24,000 bases of DNA from NCBI RefSeq assembly GCF_003418935.1, contig NZ_QVMT01000001.1, positions 388,063 to 412,062 on the forward strand, read 5' to 3'. A program made the position numbers and the translations under genes. The notes beneath the pieces were generated by a model. That model saw nothing but the letters and a program-made list of their open reading frames with translations. It made no database searches and was not told where the DNA came from. Of the stretch, positions 1 to 9,144 are shown piece after piece. Position 1 is the stretch's first letter. The number at the start of each line of letters is the position of its first letter. This DNA is from Emticicia sp. C21 (GTDB lineage Bacteria > Bacteroidota > Bacteroidia > Cytophagales > Spirosomataceae).

Positions 1-328
1 CAAATGCAACGTGATTTTGATACTTTGCAAAGAGCGTTTCTTTTGACTCATCAATATATGCCTCTCGTATCTGTATTATAAATCTCGAATTAAATTTTAA
101 AAGTTTCTGCTGGGTTTTAGATGGCTCAAAAGTGTTTAAATCAATTCGGAGCCAGATAGCGCTGTAGAGTATCTCTTTAAATTTCAGGAAATTTGTAGTA
201 AAAATAGCTTGCCCCATTCTGAACCAACCATCTTCCAGATGCGCATCTAAATCTTTTGGTTCGAGTGACGAGGGGTAATATAATTCTGCTAACATGGGTA
301 GTATTAATTCTGGCCTTAAGCTACTCAT
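1..328 (-). CDS. Arginyl-tRNA--protein transferase-like protein, N-terminal part, cut by window edge
   Basis: Reverse-strand open frame from ATG at 328 running off the window edge: MSSLRPELILPMLAELYYPSSLEPKDLDAHLEDGWFRMGQAIFTTNF...SAIWLRIDLNTFEPSKTQQKLLKFNSRF. The 'GWFRMGQ..F.TNF' and 'R.DL..F.PS..Q.K.L..N' patterns resemble the ATE/Bpt family. Absent from the supplied ORF track because it is open-ended. Confidence 0.65.
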   Translation of the reverse strand, partial: MSSLRPELILPMLAELYYPSSLEPKDLDAHLEDGWFRMGQAIFTTNFLKFKEILYSAIWLRIDLNTFEPSKTQQKLLKFNSRFIIQIREAYIDESKETLFAKYQNHVAF

Positions 329-580
329 AAAGCCATAAAATTCAAAAAAAAGCAATAAAATACTTACTTATAGTAAAAGTATCTGAAATTTTCCGCCACT
401 CTAAGCAATAGCTCCTGTTTTAAATTAAGATAATACAAAATTAAAGTAGAATAAACAGAATTCTAATAAGTTTTCTATTAATTTGAACATCAAAATTACC
501 TGCCACTCAAAGACCTGATAATCTGAAATTCTGATTACAAGAAAGCTTACTAATTTTTAACACTTATAAACAACAAAAAA

Positions 581-1015
581 ATGACTACCGTAAATGTTTA
601 TCTCACTTTTGAAGGCAATTGCGAAGAGGCCTTTAACTTTTATAAGTCTGTTTTTGGTGGCGAATTTTCAGGAGTAAACCGATTTAAAGATATGCCTCCG
701 CAAGAAGGGATGGAAGTACCGGAAGAAGATGGTAACAAAATAATGCATATGGCGTTACCAATCAGTGCTGAAACCGCTTTGATGGGTTCGGATGCAGTCG
801 GGGAATGGGCAGGAAAAACTGTTTTTGGTACTAATTTTAGTATCTCCATCAATACAGACACGATAGATAGAGCACAACATTTATACAATGGTCTTTCAGA
901 AGGTGGGCAGGCAACTATGCCATTGATGCCAACATTCTGGAGCCCGGGTTATGGTATGCTTACCGATAAATTCGGGATTAACTGGATGATAAGTCTGGAC
1001 CATAAGGATTCTTAA
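581..1015 (+). CDS. VOC family / PhnB-like (glyoxalase fold) protein
   Basis: 144 aa ORF: MTTVNVYLTFEGNCEEAFNFYKSVFGGEF...MPLMPTFWSPGYGMLTDKFGINWMISL, typical PhnB-like VOC protein. Confidence 0.9.
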   Translation: MTTVNVYLTFEGNCEEAFNFYKSVFGGEFSGVNRFKDMPPQEGMEVPEEDGNKIMHMALPISAETALMGSDAVGEWAGKTVFGTNFSISINTDTIDRAQHLYNGLSEGGQATMPLMPTFWSPGYGMLTDKFGINWMISLDHKDS

Positions 1016-1043
1016 TAAAATTTTCAAAATAACCATATGCTAC

Positions 1044-1071
1044 TGCCGGAGATTATTCTTCGGCATTTTTT
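1044..1071 (+). terminator. Rho-independent terminator after the VOC/PhnB gene
   Basis: TGCCGGAG-ATTATT-CTTCGGCA stem-loop (8 bp with one G-T wobble) followed by TTTTTT, between convergent genes. Confidence 0.75.
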
Positions 1072-1075
1072 GAGC

Positions 1076-1849
1076 TTATAACTCAAAGTATCTGGCGCTA
1101 TCCCAGTTATAATGCTCCTGATAGGGCACATAGCCTAATTGATTAGTAACAAGTTTAGTTTTACCTATTTGTATTTCAGACCTATTCCGATGACTATGCC
1201 CATATACCCAATAGTCAGGTTGGTGTTTTAATATAAACTTGTCTAAATCAGTAGCAAAGGCGGAACCTAACCGACTACCTATATGGTCAGAATGAACGCA
1301 TCGTAACGAAGGCAAATGATGACTGATTACCACTTTTTTTGTATTTTCAGACTGGGGGAGTGAAGAATCTAAAAAGTTCAAAGCCTGCTTATGTAATTCA
1401 TTATAGTGCTTAACCAGAAAAGTTTTCTTATGATACGAAATCAGACTAAAATCAGGCATGCTTCTTCTGATATAATCTTCATCTAACTGATGTATCTCTG
1501 ACCAAAGTGTTGTAAAGAAAAAAGAAACATCTTTATAATCTATCGTTTGATTATTGAGTAAAAACACATTACTTACAATCTCTTTCAGCAATGGTTTTTC
1601 TAATACACTTATATCCCAGCTTCTGTAAAACTCATGATTACCTGCAATAATAAACACTTGTTCAAACTGCTCTGATAAAGTTTTGAAAAATTGCTTTTCA
1701 ATTGGGCGAGGGTCGTCATAATATTTTGCGTTAGTAATATCTCCGGCCAATATCAGCACCTCTCCTACTGGTTCAATAGGATTTTGCAACAAATACTCTT
1801 TGTTGATTGTCATTTCCAGATGTAAATCTGAGCAGTATTGGATTTTCAT
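1076..1849 (-). CDS. Metallophosphoesterase
   Basis: 257 aa ORF with calcineurin-like motifs: SDLHLE, LAGDITN, IAGNHEFY, ISHHLPS, YGHSHRN. Confidence 0.93.
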   Translation of the reverse strand: MKIQYCSDLHLEMTINKEYLLQNPIEPVGEVLILAGDITNAKYYDDPRPIEKQFFKTLSEQFEQVFIIAGNHEFYRSWDISVLEKPLLKEIVSNVFLLNNQTIDYKDVSFFFTTLWSEIHQLDEDYIRRSMPDFSLISYHKKTFLVKHYNELHKQALNFLDSSLPQSENTKKVVISHHLPSLRCVHSDHIGSRLGSAFATDLDKFILKHQPDYWVYGHSHRNRSEIQIGKTKLVTNQLGYVPYQEHYNWDSARYFEL

Positions 1850-1874
1850 AGCTTATATTTCAAAAAATCTAATT

Positions 1875-2606
1875 TTAATCCGACTTTTTAATTCTGCTCC
1901 ATCGCTTTCCAGCAATCAAAGTAATAGCCAGAAGTAAGATTGCATTAATAATCTGTATTCCTACCAACATCAAACTACTTATTTTTCCTTTTAAAAAAGC
2001 AACCATAGAGCCTATGAGAACAGCGTGCGAAAGAACGCCCAAAATAATCAAAAATACCATTGCGCTATATGTTAACTTATTCTTTCCAAAGCTGGCATAT
2101 CCTACCCAGACAGATAGTGGCAAAAATATAGTCATAGCGGTTAAAGCACCAGGCTCATAGCCTAAGCCTTTAAGCATAGGTAAAACATGGATTAGGCCAT
2201 TAATAAAAATAATACTATAAATAGCCAATCCTGCTAAAGGGTAGCTGCGGCTAAGCAACGCTCCCAAAGGAGCAATAACCCAGAATAAAGTAATATTTAC
2301 AGCCAGATAAAATGCAGGCGGAACTTTGCATTCTCCAATACCCAAGGCGCTTGCAATGGTATCACAAAATTGTTCCGGAAAGGCATGTGTATGCCCATAT
2401 AAATCTATTCCATATTCTTCAACATTATGTATCAGATAAGCTGTAACACCTAACCATGAAAGCCACGTAATATCTTTCCACTTTGAAATTTGCTGATTGC
2501 TGCGAAGTAAGCGGGTTCCGAAGAGAAGCATAAGCATAATGACTGCTCCTACTACCCCTATCCAGGGAAAATTCAGGTCAAACCAATTGTAGTTGTTTGG
2601 TTGCAT
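1875..2606 (-). CDS. HXXEE domain-containing membrane protein
   Basis: 243 aa hydrophobic ORF with 'HNVEEYG' (HxxEE) and 'HVLPML..GYEPGALTA', as in HXXEE-domain membrane proteins. Confidence 0.75.
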   Translation of the reverse strand: MQPNNYNWFDLNFPWIGVVGAVIMLMLLFGTRLLRSNQQISKWKDITWLSWLGVTAYLIHNVEEYGIDLYGHTHAFPEQFCDTIASALGIGECKVPPAFYLAVNITLFWVIAPLGALLSRSYPLAGLAIYSIIFINGLIHVLPMLKGLGYEPGALTAMTIFLPLSVWVGYASFGKNKLTYSAMVFLIILGVLSHAVLIGSMVAFLKGKISSLMLVGIQIINAILLLAITLIAGKRWSRIKKSD

Positions 2607-2868
2607 TTTAATTGAGTTTTATCTCCTTGAGCAAATTTAAATGAAGTTTACTGATTATTTAATTAAAGCAATTTCAGTTTCACTCATTTAATCACCTCCA
2701 ATAAAGATGGTTTGAAAAACTTGTTCTTTAGTTAAATCAATACGCTTTTTGAAATTTAACTGTAAATATCCTTTGCAAAATCAATTATAGAAAAGAAAAT
2801 TTGAACCATCTTTGTGTATGGAATTTTATTAGATTATTTATTTAAAAAATTAGAAAAAGGATATTCTT

Positions 2869-5037
2869 ATGCGTACAAAAGTAGTCTCTTTGTTTATGGC
2901 GTTGATTTTTATGTCGGTTCTATGCGGTTTTGTAATATCTCACTCATCCGATGTAAAGAAACAGGAAATTAAGGTAGAGGGTAAGATTATTTACAACAAG
3001 AAAAAACATAGCATCACGATATCATGGCCAGCTTTCGGTTCTTCGGGAAATTATGTAATCACGAGAGGAGGGAGTCGTTTAGCATCAGATTTTGTGTCGG
3101 TAGGTTCTACTTCAAAACTGACATTTACAGATAAAAAGCCCAATAAAGACAAGTACGAAAACTATTATAAAATTACTCGTAATGACATAACAATCGTAGT
3201 TTCATTAGAGAATCAGATTTTTGGCGATAATGTGTATTTTTACGATAGAAAATATGAAAAAGCAGAAACTGCACGAAACGAAATTAATGCCCACTTTGCT
3301 ACCACCGGTCTGGCAGGAGCCAATGGTGAGTGGACGGTAAAACGTCAGGCTTATTATTTTAAAGCAAATGTTGATGGACAAACTTACGATTCGGGTGGGT
3401 TAGGTTCTGCCTCAGCGGCAGAGGCTAACTCGATAGAACTAGGGTTCTATTCTCATATTGGTGGTTTAGGCAAAACACCTACTTCTGTTAAATTAGGTTC
3501 AGTATTTACCAGACCTCATCTTTCTGGTGGAGCCAATGCTACTTGTACATTCTGGCGTTCGATGGAAAATGTGACCGTGATGCGGGATTTTGCCTGGACA
3601 GTTTCTCAATCGACCAGTGCACGAAGAATGCAGATTGAAAGCACGTCAAAATACATTTCGGATGTTGGGAGTAATAATTTCTGGGGTAGTGGTGGTTTTA
3701 TTGCTGACTCCCGTTACACCACAACCAGACCCAATTGGGGTGGTCAACAACAATGGTATACCAGAAATACTGTTTTTCCAGCAGGCTCGGGAACTATGGG
3801 AGGTTCGTATAATATGGTCTGGCAAGGTTGCGTCAATGCTCCACAGGCGAATGATGCCAACTCCCCCATTGCTACTACACCAATCATCAGAGAAAAACCT
3901 TTTCTTTTTATAGATAAAGATGGCGAATACAAGGTATTTGTTCCTGCATGGAAAAAAGACAGAGTAGGAATTTCGTGGTCAGAGACAGATATGGGTCAAG
4001 GCAAAATTCAGGATTTGGTTACTGACTGGTATGTGGCCAAGGAAGGCGACACTGATGTAGAAATCAATAATGCCTTGAAAGCCGGCAAAAATATATTCTT
4101 CACGCCTGGTCATTACGCATTGAATGCACCTATTCAGGTGAATAGAAAAGATGCCATATTGCTGGGTGCGGGAATAGCTTCGGTAACACTGGAGCCTACT
4201 GAGAAAAATACCTGGGGATGTATCTATGTTGACGATAAGGACGGAATTATTGTTGCCGGACTTCTGATGGATTCGTTCAATAGCACAACTTATCAGATCA
4301 GAGTTGGTAACGAAGATGCCAATGCTAACCATTCTGCCGATCCCATTCTGCTTACTGATATCACTTGCAGAGTAGGTGGCGTACAATCAAAGAATATTCA
4401 GATACATACTTCTATGCAAATTAACAGCAACTATGTGGTGGGCGACCACTTCTGGTTGTGGCGTGCTGACCATGGCTCGCAACGTGGCGGAAATTTACGT
4501 TGGACAAGGGATAGATGTAAAAACGGACTTACAGTGACCGGCGATGATGTGACGCTTTATGGCCTGTTTGCCGAACACTATCAGGAATATGAAGTATTAT
4601 GGTTAGGAGAAAGAGGCAGAACCTATTTCTTACAAAACGAACCACCCTATGATGCGCCAAATCAGGCAAGCTGGAGTAGTCAGGGGGGTAGAGTTGATGG
4701 TTATGCCGCATATAAGGTAGCTAATACGGTAAAAGAGCATCAGGGCATCGGTATGGGTTCTTATGCAGTTCTTACGGGGACAGATGGTAAAGTGAATAAG
4801 AGTAATGGTTTTGAAATACCTAATAGCCCGAATGTAAAACTCGAAAAAATGTGTATAACCCGTTTTGCTGGTCCGGGTCAAATCCAGAATGTGATTAATG
4901 GCACTGGTGGCAGCACAGCAACTGGCGTAAAACGTGTGGCTTTATACAACAATGGTGAGGGTAAACAACCTTATGACGAAACATTCGAATTGCCTAATCG
5001 TGAGTCTTATCCTGCTTATATTGTGATGGAGAAGTAA
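2869..5037 (+). CDS. Secreted right-handed beta-helix protein (pectate-lyase superfamily / GH55-like glucanase-like)
   Basis: 722 aa ORF with N-terminal hydrophobic signal, an Fn3-like beta-rich N-terminal segment, then 'NIFFTPGHYALNAPIQVNRKDAILLGAGIASVTLEPTEKNTWGCIYVDDKDGIIVAGLLMDS', characteristic of parallel beta-helix polysaccharide-active proteins. Confidence 0.65.
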   Translation: MRTKVVSLFMALIFMSVLCGFVISHSSDVKKQEIKVEGKIIYNKKKHSITISWPAFGSSGNYVITRGGSRLASDFVSVGSTSKLTFTDKKPNKDKYENYYKITRNDITIVVSLENQIFGDNVYFYDRKYEKAETARNEINAHFATTGLAGANGEWTVKRQAYYFKANVDGQTYDSGGLGSASAAEANSIELGFYSHIGGLGKTPTSVKLGSVFTRPHLSGGANATCTFWRSMENVTVMRDFAWTVSQSTSARRMQIESTSKYISDVGSNNFWGSGGFIADSRYTTTRPNWGGQQQWYTRNTVFPAGSGTMGGSYNMVWQGCVNAPQANDANSPIATTPIIREKPFLFIDKDGEYKVFVPAWKKDRVGISWSETDMGQGKIQDLVTDWYVAKEGDTDVEINNALKAGKNIFFTPGHYALNAPIQVNRKDAILLGAGIASVTLEPTEKNTWGCIYVDDKDGIIVAGLLMDSFNSTTYQIRVGNEDANANHSADPILLTDITCRVGGVQSKNIQIHTSMQINSNYVVGDHFWLWRADHGSQRGGNLRWTRDRCKNGLTVTGDDVTLYGLFAEHYQEYEVLWLGERGRTYFLQNEPPYDAPNQASWSSQGGRVDGYAAYKVANTVKEHQGIGMGSYAVLTGTDGKVNKSNGFEIPNSPNVKLEKMCITRFAGPGQIQNVINGTGGSTATGVKRVALYNNGEGKQPYDETFELPNRESYPAYIVMEK

Positions 5038-5060
5038 AAAAGTGAGGATAGAAATCTTTT

Positions 5061-5099
5061 AAAAGACTCTAAGGATCGATTGGCCCTCAGAGTCTTTTT
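5061..5099 (+). terminator. Rho-independent terminator of the beta-helix gene
   Basis: AAAAGACTCT ... AGAGTCTTTTT inverted repeat 24 bp after the stop codon. The hairpin carries A-run and T-run on opposite sides, so it could act in both directions. Confidence 0.75.
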
Positions 5100-5139
5100 A
5101 TTTTTCGAAACTGTAGTTAATACTTGATTTTAACTCATT

Positions 5140-7548
5140 TCAAAGCACATCATCATTATTTATTCCTTTTTTCTTCGAAACATTTTCTTTTAACTTACCA
5201 AAATTCCAGACGATGCCTATCCTGAAATTCCGGGCCTGAAATGAATTTAGATTTTCTGAACGGAAATTGATATCCTTTTGAATGGTTCTTACCGTCACAT
5301 ATTTTGTAATAAATCTGGCTGCGGCAAGGGTAATGGTGATTTTATCCTTAAAAAGTTTATATGATGGGGTAATATTATAAAACCATTGGCTTGATGTATA
5401 CCCCTGTAAACCAATAGGTGGTTTGAAATTTCCGACGAAAGTAGAAATAGTAAATTTCGGGTTTACCTTAAAATTATTTGAAACTCCGATGAAGCCCGTC
5501 AGTCCACTGTTCTGCTGAGCCAAATCAGAACTATTCTTTATATAAGTATAATTCAGATTAGAATTGACAGACATATTCCAGACTTTACTAAAATTAGCTG
5601 TGATATTTCCATTCAGACTTATCTGTGATTCTTTTCCAAGATTTTCGTTAGTGGTTGTTGATACGCCCGTTTCTTTATTAAAATTGATTATCTGAATTAT
5701 CTTATTGTTACTATAGCTGCCCCCTAATGTAAGCCCTGCAAATACCTTTCCTTTGGCAAAGTTATTCTGAAGTGTCAGGTTATGAATCAATTGTGGTCTA
5801 AGAGCAGGGTTGCCATAACTAATATTCAGCGTATCATTATTATTAATGAATGGGTTCAGACTATTAATAAACGGGCGTTGTATCCGTTGTCCATAGCTTA
5901 AAACCATTTTGTATTCTTTCGTAATCTGTGTTGAGGTCTGAATATTCGGTATCAGATTGGTATAGCTTTGCCTGACAGCTGTTTCAGTACCATTAAAGTT
6001 TCCATCTACTTCTGTATGTTCCATCCTGAGACCAATACGAAACGGAAACTTTTTTAGGGCGAAATTATAGCTGCCATATGCACTATATACCTGTTGCAGA
6101 TAATTGAAGTTGTTGGTATTGGCTGGTAATATCATGTATTCTTCTGTTGGGCTTGTTTTTATTAAACTTTCATAATCAGAAGTTGCATTTCTCAGAATGA
6201 ACTTTAAGCCCGTTTCTATTTTTTGCTTCCGTTTCATGGGCAGTATATAATCAGTCTGTAGAGTTGTCTGGGTGTTGTGTGCATAATTATTGTTAATAAT
6301 GTACCTATCAGTTTCAGTATTATCCTGATAACTGTCCAGAAAACGGTCATTCTTTGAATATTCGGTGAAAAGTCTTATTGAAAATTCTTTTTCGGGGATG
6401 TCTTTGAATTTTTTGATGAAATCTGAACCAACATTATAATTAGGACTATTGGTATTATTTTGCAGCGTGAGAAAACTGGTGGTAGTAGTAGTAGGAAATA
6501 TAGTATGGATGCTTGTAGTGGTTGAGAGATTATTGAACCCACCTGTAACTGAACCATATATACTTATTGTTTTGTACTTATCTAAATCGTAGCTGATTTC
6601 TGCATTGCCGAAATTCTGAAACAATTGCTGGATAGTAATACCATTTAAAATTCTACTGCTGTAAGTCTGAGAATTAATCGCGTCAGTTCTTGAATCTGCG
6701 AAAAATGGTGGGGCCTGGTTGCCCAACAAGCCTATGGCATTATAGAAATAATTAAGCGATACGCCTACCTTGCCTTTTTTTAGATTAAAACTCAAATTAC
6801 CAAAAGTATTATGAATCGAACTCAAGGTGAGCGATGCATTTCCGTTATAGCCAATGATTTGTTTCTGGGTTACGATGTTAAGGACACCCCCTACTCCTTC
6901 TGCATCATATTTTGCTGAAGGGTTGGTTATTACTTCAATTTTTACAATGCTGGCGCCGGGAAAGCTTTTCAAGGCTTGCGAAACATTTTGCGAAAACATA
7001 CCTGTTTCTCTGCCATTTAGTAAAATTCTAAAGTTCGACTGCCCATTGACAGTTATATTATCGTTCCCATCAACCGAAACAAATGGGGTCTTCCGTAAGA
7101 TGTCTAAAGCGTTTTCAGTTTTTGTTGAGGGGTCGGCATCGGTATTGAAAATAATTTTATCATCCGTTTGCTCAATCAAAGGTTTTCTTGCAGTTACAGT
7201 TACGGCTCCCAGAGATTTTGTTGTTGAAACTAAGAAAATTGTCTGCAGGTCTCTGGATTCATTATTTCTGATAGTCACCGGAATTCTTTTGTCGGCATAG
7301 CCAATAAATGTGCAAAGAATGGTGAAAGAACCCGTATCAGTCGGAATAGAAAATTTCCCCGTTTCATCAGTGAAAGTAGCTTTGACAGGCTGGCTAGCAT
7401 TGTTCTTAAAAAGACTGATAGTGGCAAAAGGCAATGGATTATTGGTGGTACTGTCTCTGAGTATACCGTTGATGGTGGACGTTTGAGAAAAGGCAAATAA
7501 GGGTACGGCAAAAAACAAACCTAGTAAAAGGCAATTTAAACTTTTCAT
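5140..7548 (-). CDS. Outer membrane beta-barrel protein / TonB-dependent receptor-like
   Basis: 802 aa ORF: signal peptide, CarboxypepD_reg-like domain (INGILRDSTTNNPLPFATISLFKN...), plug-like region (VTVTARKPLIEQ...DALDILRKTPFVSVDGNDNITVNG), then an aromatic-rich beta-barrel. Confidence 0.88.
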   Translation of the reverse strand: MKSLNCLLLGLFFAVPLFAFSQTSTINGILRDSTTNNPLPFATISLFKNNASQPVKATFTDETGKFSIPTDTGSFTILCTFIGYADKRIPVTIRNNESRDLQTIFLVSTTKSLGAVTVTARKPLIEQTDDKIIFNTDADPSTKTENALDILRKTPFVSVDGNDNITVNGQSNFRILLNGRETGMFSQNVSQALKSFPGASIVKIEVITNPSAKYDAEGVGGVLNIVTQKQIIGYNGNASLTLSSIHNTFGNLSFNLKKGKVGVSLNYFYNAIGLLGNQAPPFFADSRTDAINSQTYSSRILNGITIQQLFQNFGNAEISYDLDKYKTISIYGSVTGGFNNLSTTTSIHTIFPTTTTTSFLTLQNNTNSPNYNVGSDFIKKFKDIPEKEFSIRLFTEYSKNDRFLDSYQDNTETDRYIINNNYAHNTQTTLQTDYILPMKRKQKIETGLKFILRNATSDYESLIKTSPTEEYMILPANTNNFNYLQQVYSAYGSYNFALKKFPFRIGLRMEHTEVDGNFNGTETAVRQSYTNLIPNIQTSTQITKEYKMVLSYGQRIQRPFINSLNPFINNNDTLNISYGNPALRPQLIHNLTLQNNFAKGKVFAGLTLGGSYSNNKIIQIINFNKETGVSTTTNENLGKESQISLNGNITANFSKVWNMSVNSNLNYTYIKNSSDLAQQNSGLTGFIGVSNNFKVNPKFTISTFVGNFKPPIGLQGYTSSQWFYNITPSYKLFKDKITITLAAARFITKYVTVRTIQKDINFRSENLNSFQARNFRIGIVWNFGKLKENVSKKKGINNDDVL

Positions 7549-7936
7549 AAATTTACTTGTGAGTTAAAAGTTATAGCTTCTTTTTCATTCACAAATATTG
7601 ATGAAACACCTTAAATCAGGGTATGCAAAAGCTTGTCAAGTTCTTTCAAAGTTGTGCAAGTTGGTGAATTGCTATCAAACCGCCATTTTATACGTGTTTT
7701 ATAAAGAGTAAAATCTTTTCTGATATTTTGGCTAGTTTAAGGTCTAATGCAATAAATATAATCTTTCAAGCTTCCTTATCATTTTTTATTTTTATATTAC
7801 AAACATTAGGCGACCAAAACAATAATGTTTTGGCGCAAACTACCCTTACTATTGTCGCTTCTGCACAGCGCAGAATCCTGAAATACTTTCCACCTTTGTA
7901 TTGTCATTAATAATTAAACTAAACCCTGGCAAGTTT

Positions 7937-8808
7937 ATGGAAAATTTATTCAATGCAACGAATCTTATTCATTTGCTCTTAATCACAATCATTATGTCTG
8001 CAGCATCTTCATCTCATGCACAACAAATCAAACCTACTCTTAGTGGCTACGCACCGGCTAATGGTACCAAAGTTTATTATGAAGTATACGGCGAAGGCAA
8101 GCCTGTTATTTTACTACACGGCGCCTACTATACCATTGGGTTGAATTGGGAGAGTTAATTCCCGAATTGGCAAAAACGAGAAAAGTAATTGCTTTAGAAT
8201 TGCAAGGACATGGGCACACTCCCTATTCAGATAGAAAATTATCAAGGGTCACTTTAGCCAGTGATGTGGAGAAAGTAATGGATTACCTGAAAATTGACAG
8301 CGCTGATATAGCCGGATATAGTTTTGGAGGTCAGGTAGCCTACCAGTTTGCGATACAAAGTCCTGAACGATTGAGAAAACTGGTGATTATTTCCTCTGTT
8401 TATAAAAGTGAAGGCTGGCTACCCGAAATAAACGATGTGTTTAAAATAATGAAGCCAGAACTTTTTGCGGATTCACCGCTACAGGTCGCCTACGATGCAG
8501 TAGCACCTGATAAAACGAAATGGAACAAGTTCCTGGAACAAATGATTGCCTCGGCCGGAGAACCATTTAATATGGGTGATGACAATATAGCGAAAATCAC
8601 TGCACCGGTATTAATCATATCAGGCGACAATGATGGTATGGATAAAGTCGAATTGGCAAAAACCTATCAATTGTTGGGAGGTGGTATTGCTGCCGGTTTT
8701 AAACCAATGCCAAAATCACAACTGGCTATTGTTCCCAATCAAGACCATGTTGGCTTGATGACACAGACAAAAACGATATTTGGTTATTTGGATAGTTTTT
8801 TACAGTGA
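7937..8808 (+). pseudogene. Alpha/beta hydrolase, disrupted by an apparent 1-nt deletion
   Basis: Two overlapping ORFs (7901..8158 and 8146..8808, different frames) form one hydrolase: ...GKPVILLHGAYYTIGLNW | GELIPELAKTRKVIALELQGHGHTPYSDR...AGYSFGGQVAYQFA...NQDHVG. Adding one G to the GGG at 8148-8150 restores AAT TGG GGA GAG TTA ATT. It may be a real frameshift or a sequencing error. Confidence 0.85.
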
Positions 8809-8851
8809 GCAACCTAACTAGATTTTGTCCATTCGATTTTTCCAAAAACAA

Positions 8852-8879
8852 AAAAAGCACTCATTTCTGAGTGCTTTTT
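8852..8879 (-). terminator. Hairpin terminator downstream (minus sense) of tRNA-like copy 1; also downstream of the hydrolase on +
   Basis: AAAAAGCACTCA-TTTC-TGAGTGCTTTTT inverted repeat with flanking A and T runs. Confidence 0.8.
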
Positions 8880-8880
8880 G

Positions 8881-8970
8881 CGGTCCGGACGGGGCTCGAA
8901 GCGAAACGTCGCACCGTCCGCAACCCACTGCGTGACAGGCACGTATTCTAACCAATTGAATCAAAATCCC
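8881..8970 (-). pseudogene. Degenerate tRNA-Asp-like copy 1
   Basis: Aligned to the intact tRNA at 9145..9218. It keeps the 3' acceptor/T-loop segment TTCGAGCCCCGTCCGGACCG and CTGTCAC anticodon loop, but the 5' acceptor strand has decayed (GGGATTTTGATTC) and there is a 16-nt insertion at the T-arm. Confidence 0.7.
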
Positions 8971-8980
8971 TTAAATGCAA

Positions 8981-9008
8981 AAAAAGCACTCAATATTGAG
9001 TGCTTTTT
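8981..9008 (-). terminator. Hairpin terminator of tRNA-like copy 2
   Basis: AAAAAGCACTCAATATTGAGTGCTTTTT, near-perfect inverted repeat just 3' (minus sense) of copy 2. Confidence 0.75.
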
Positions 9009-9009
9009 G

Positions 9010-9099
9010 CGGTCCGGACGGGGCTCGAAGCGAAACGTCGCACCGTCTGCGACCCACTTCATGACAGGCAGGTATTCTAGCCAACTGAATTACCGAACT
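9010..9099 (-). pseudogene. Degenerate tRNA-Asp-like copy 2
   Basis: AGTTCGGTAATTCAGTTGGCTAGAATACCTGCCTGTCATGAAGTGGGTCGCAGACGGTGCGACGTTTCGCTTCGAGCCCCGTCCGGACCG. Anticodon stem is broken (GCAGG became GAAGT), the 1:72 pair is lost, and it has the same 16-nt insertion as copy 1. Confidence 0.7.
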
Positions 9100-9114
9100 A
9101 AAAGGACTAAAAAC

Positions 9115-9143
9115 AAAAAAGCACTCAAAATTGAGTGCTTTTT
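9115..9143 (-). terminator. Hairpin terminator of tRNA-Asp
   Basis: AAAAAAGCACTCAAAATTGAGTGCTTTTT immediately 3' (minus sense) of the intact tRNA. Confidence 0.78.
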
Positions 9144-9144
9144 G

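Noticed and set aside
3590-4881. Several antisense ORFs (107, 62, 135, 60 and 83 aa) in the beta-helix gene
   Set aside because: All lie opposite or out of frame with a clearly coding 722-aa ORF and lack recognisable features.
6854-7300. 148-aa plus-strand ORF opposite the outer-membrane receptor gene
   Set aside because: Antisense shadow of a well-supported 802-aa CDS. The sequence shows no domain logic and is best explained by codon bias of the real gene.
5140-7548. SusC component of a polysaccharide-utilisation locus with the nearby beta-helix protein
   Set aside because: The barrel resembles the smaller outer-membrane beta-barrel family, there is no SusD gene, and the two genes are convergent with a terminator between them.
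7728-7910. 60-aa ORF 'MASLRSNAINIIFQASLSFF...'
   Set aside because: Low-complexity AT-rich intergenic ORF with no recognisable family features and an unconvincing start context. I cannot support it as a gene.
8852-9143. Possible CRISPR array, because of regularly spaced repeated blocks
   Set aside because: The repeats are tRNA-Asp units of 74-90 nt plus terminator hairpins, with only three degenerate copies, no uniform short direct repeat and no cas genes.
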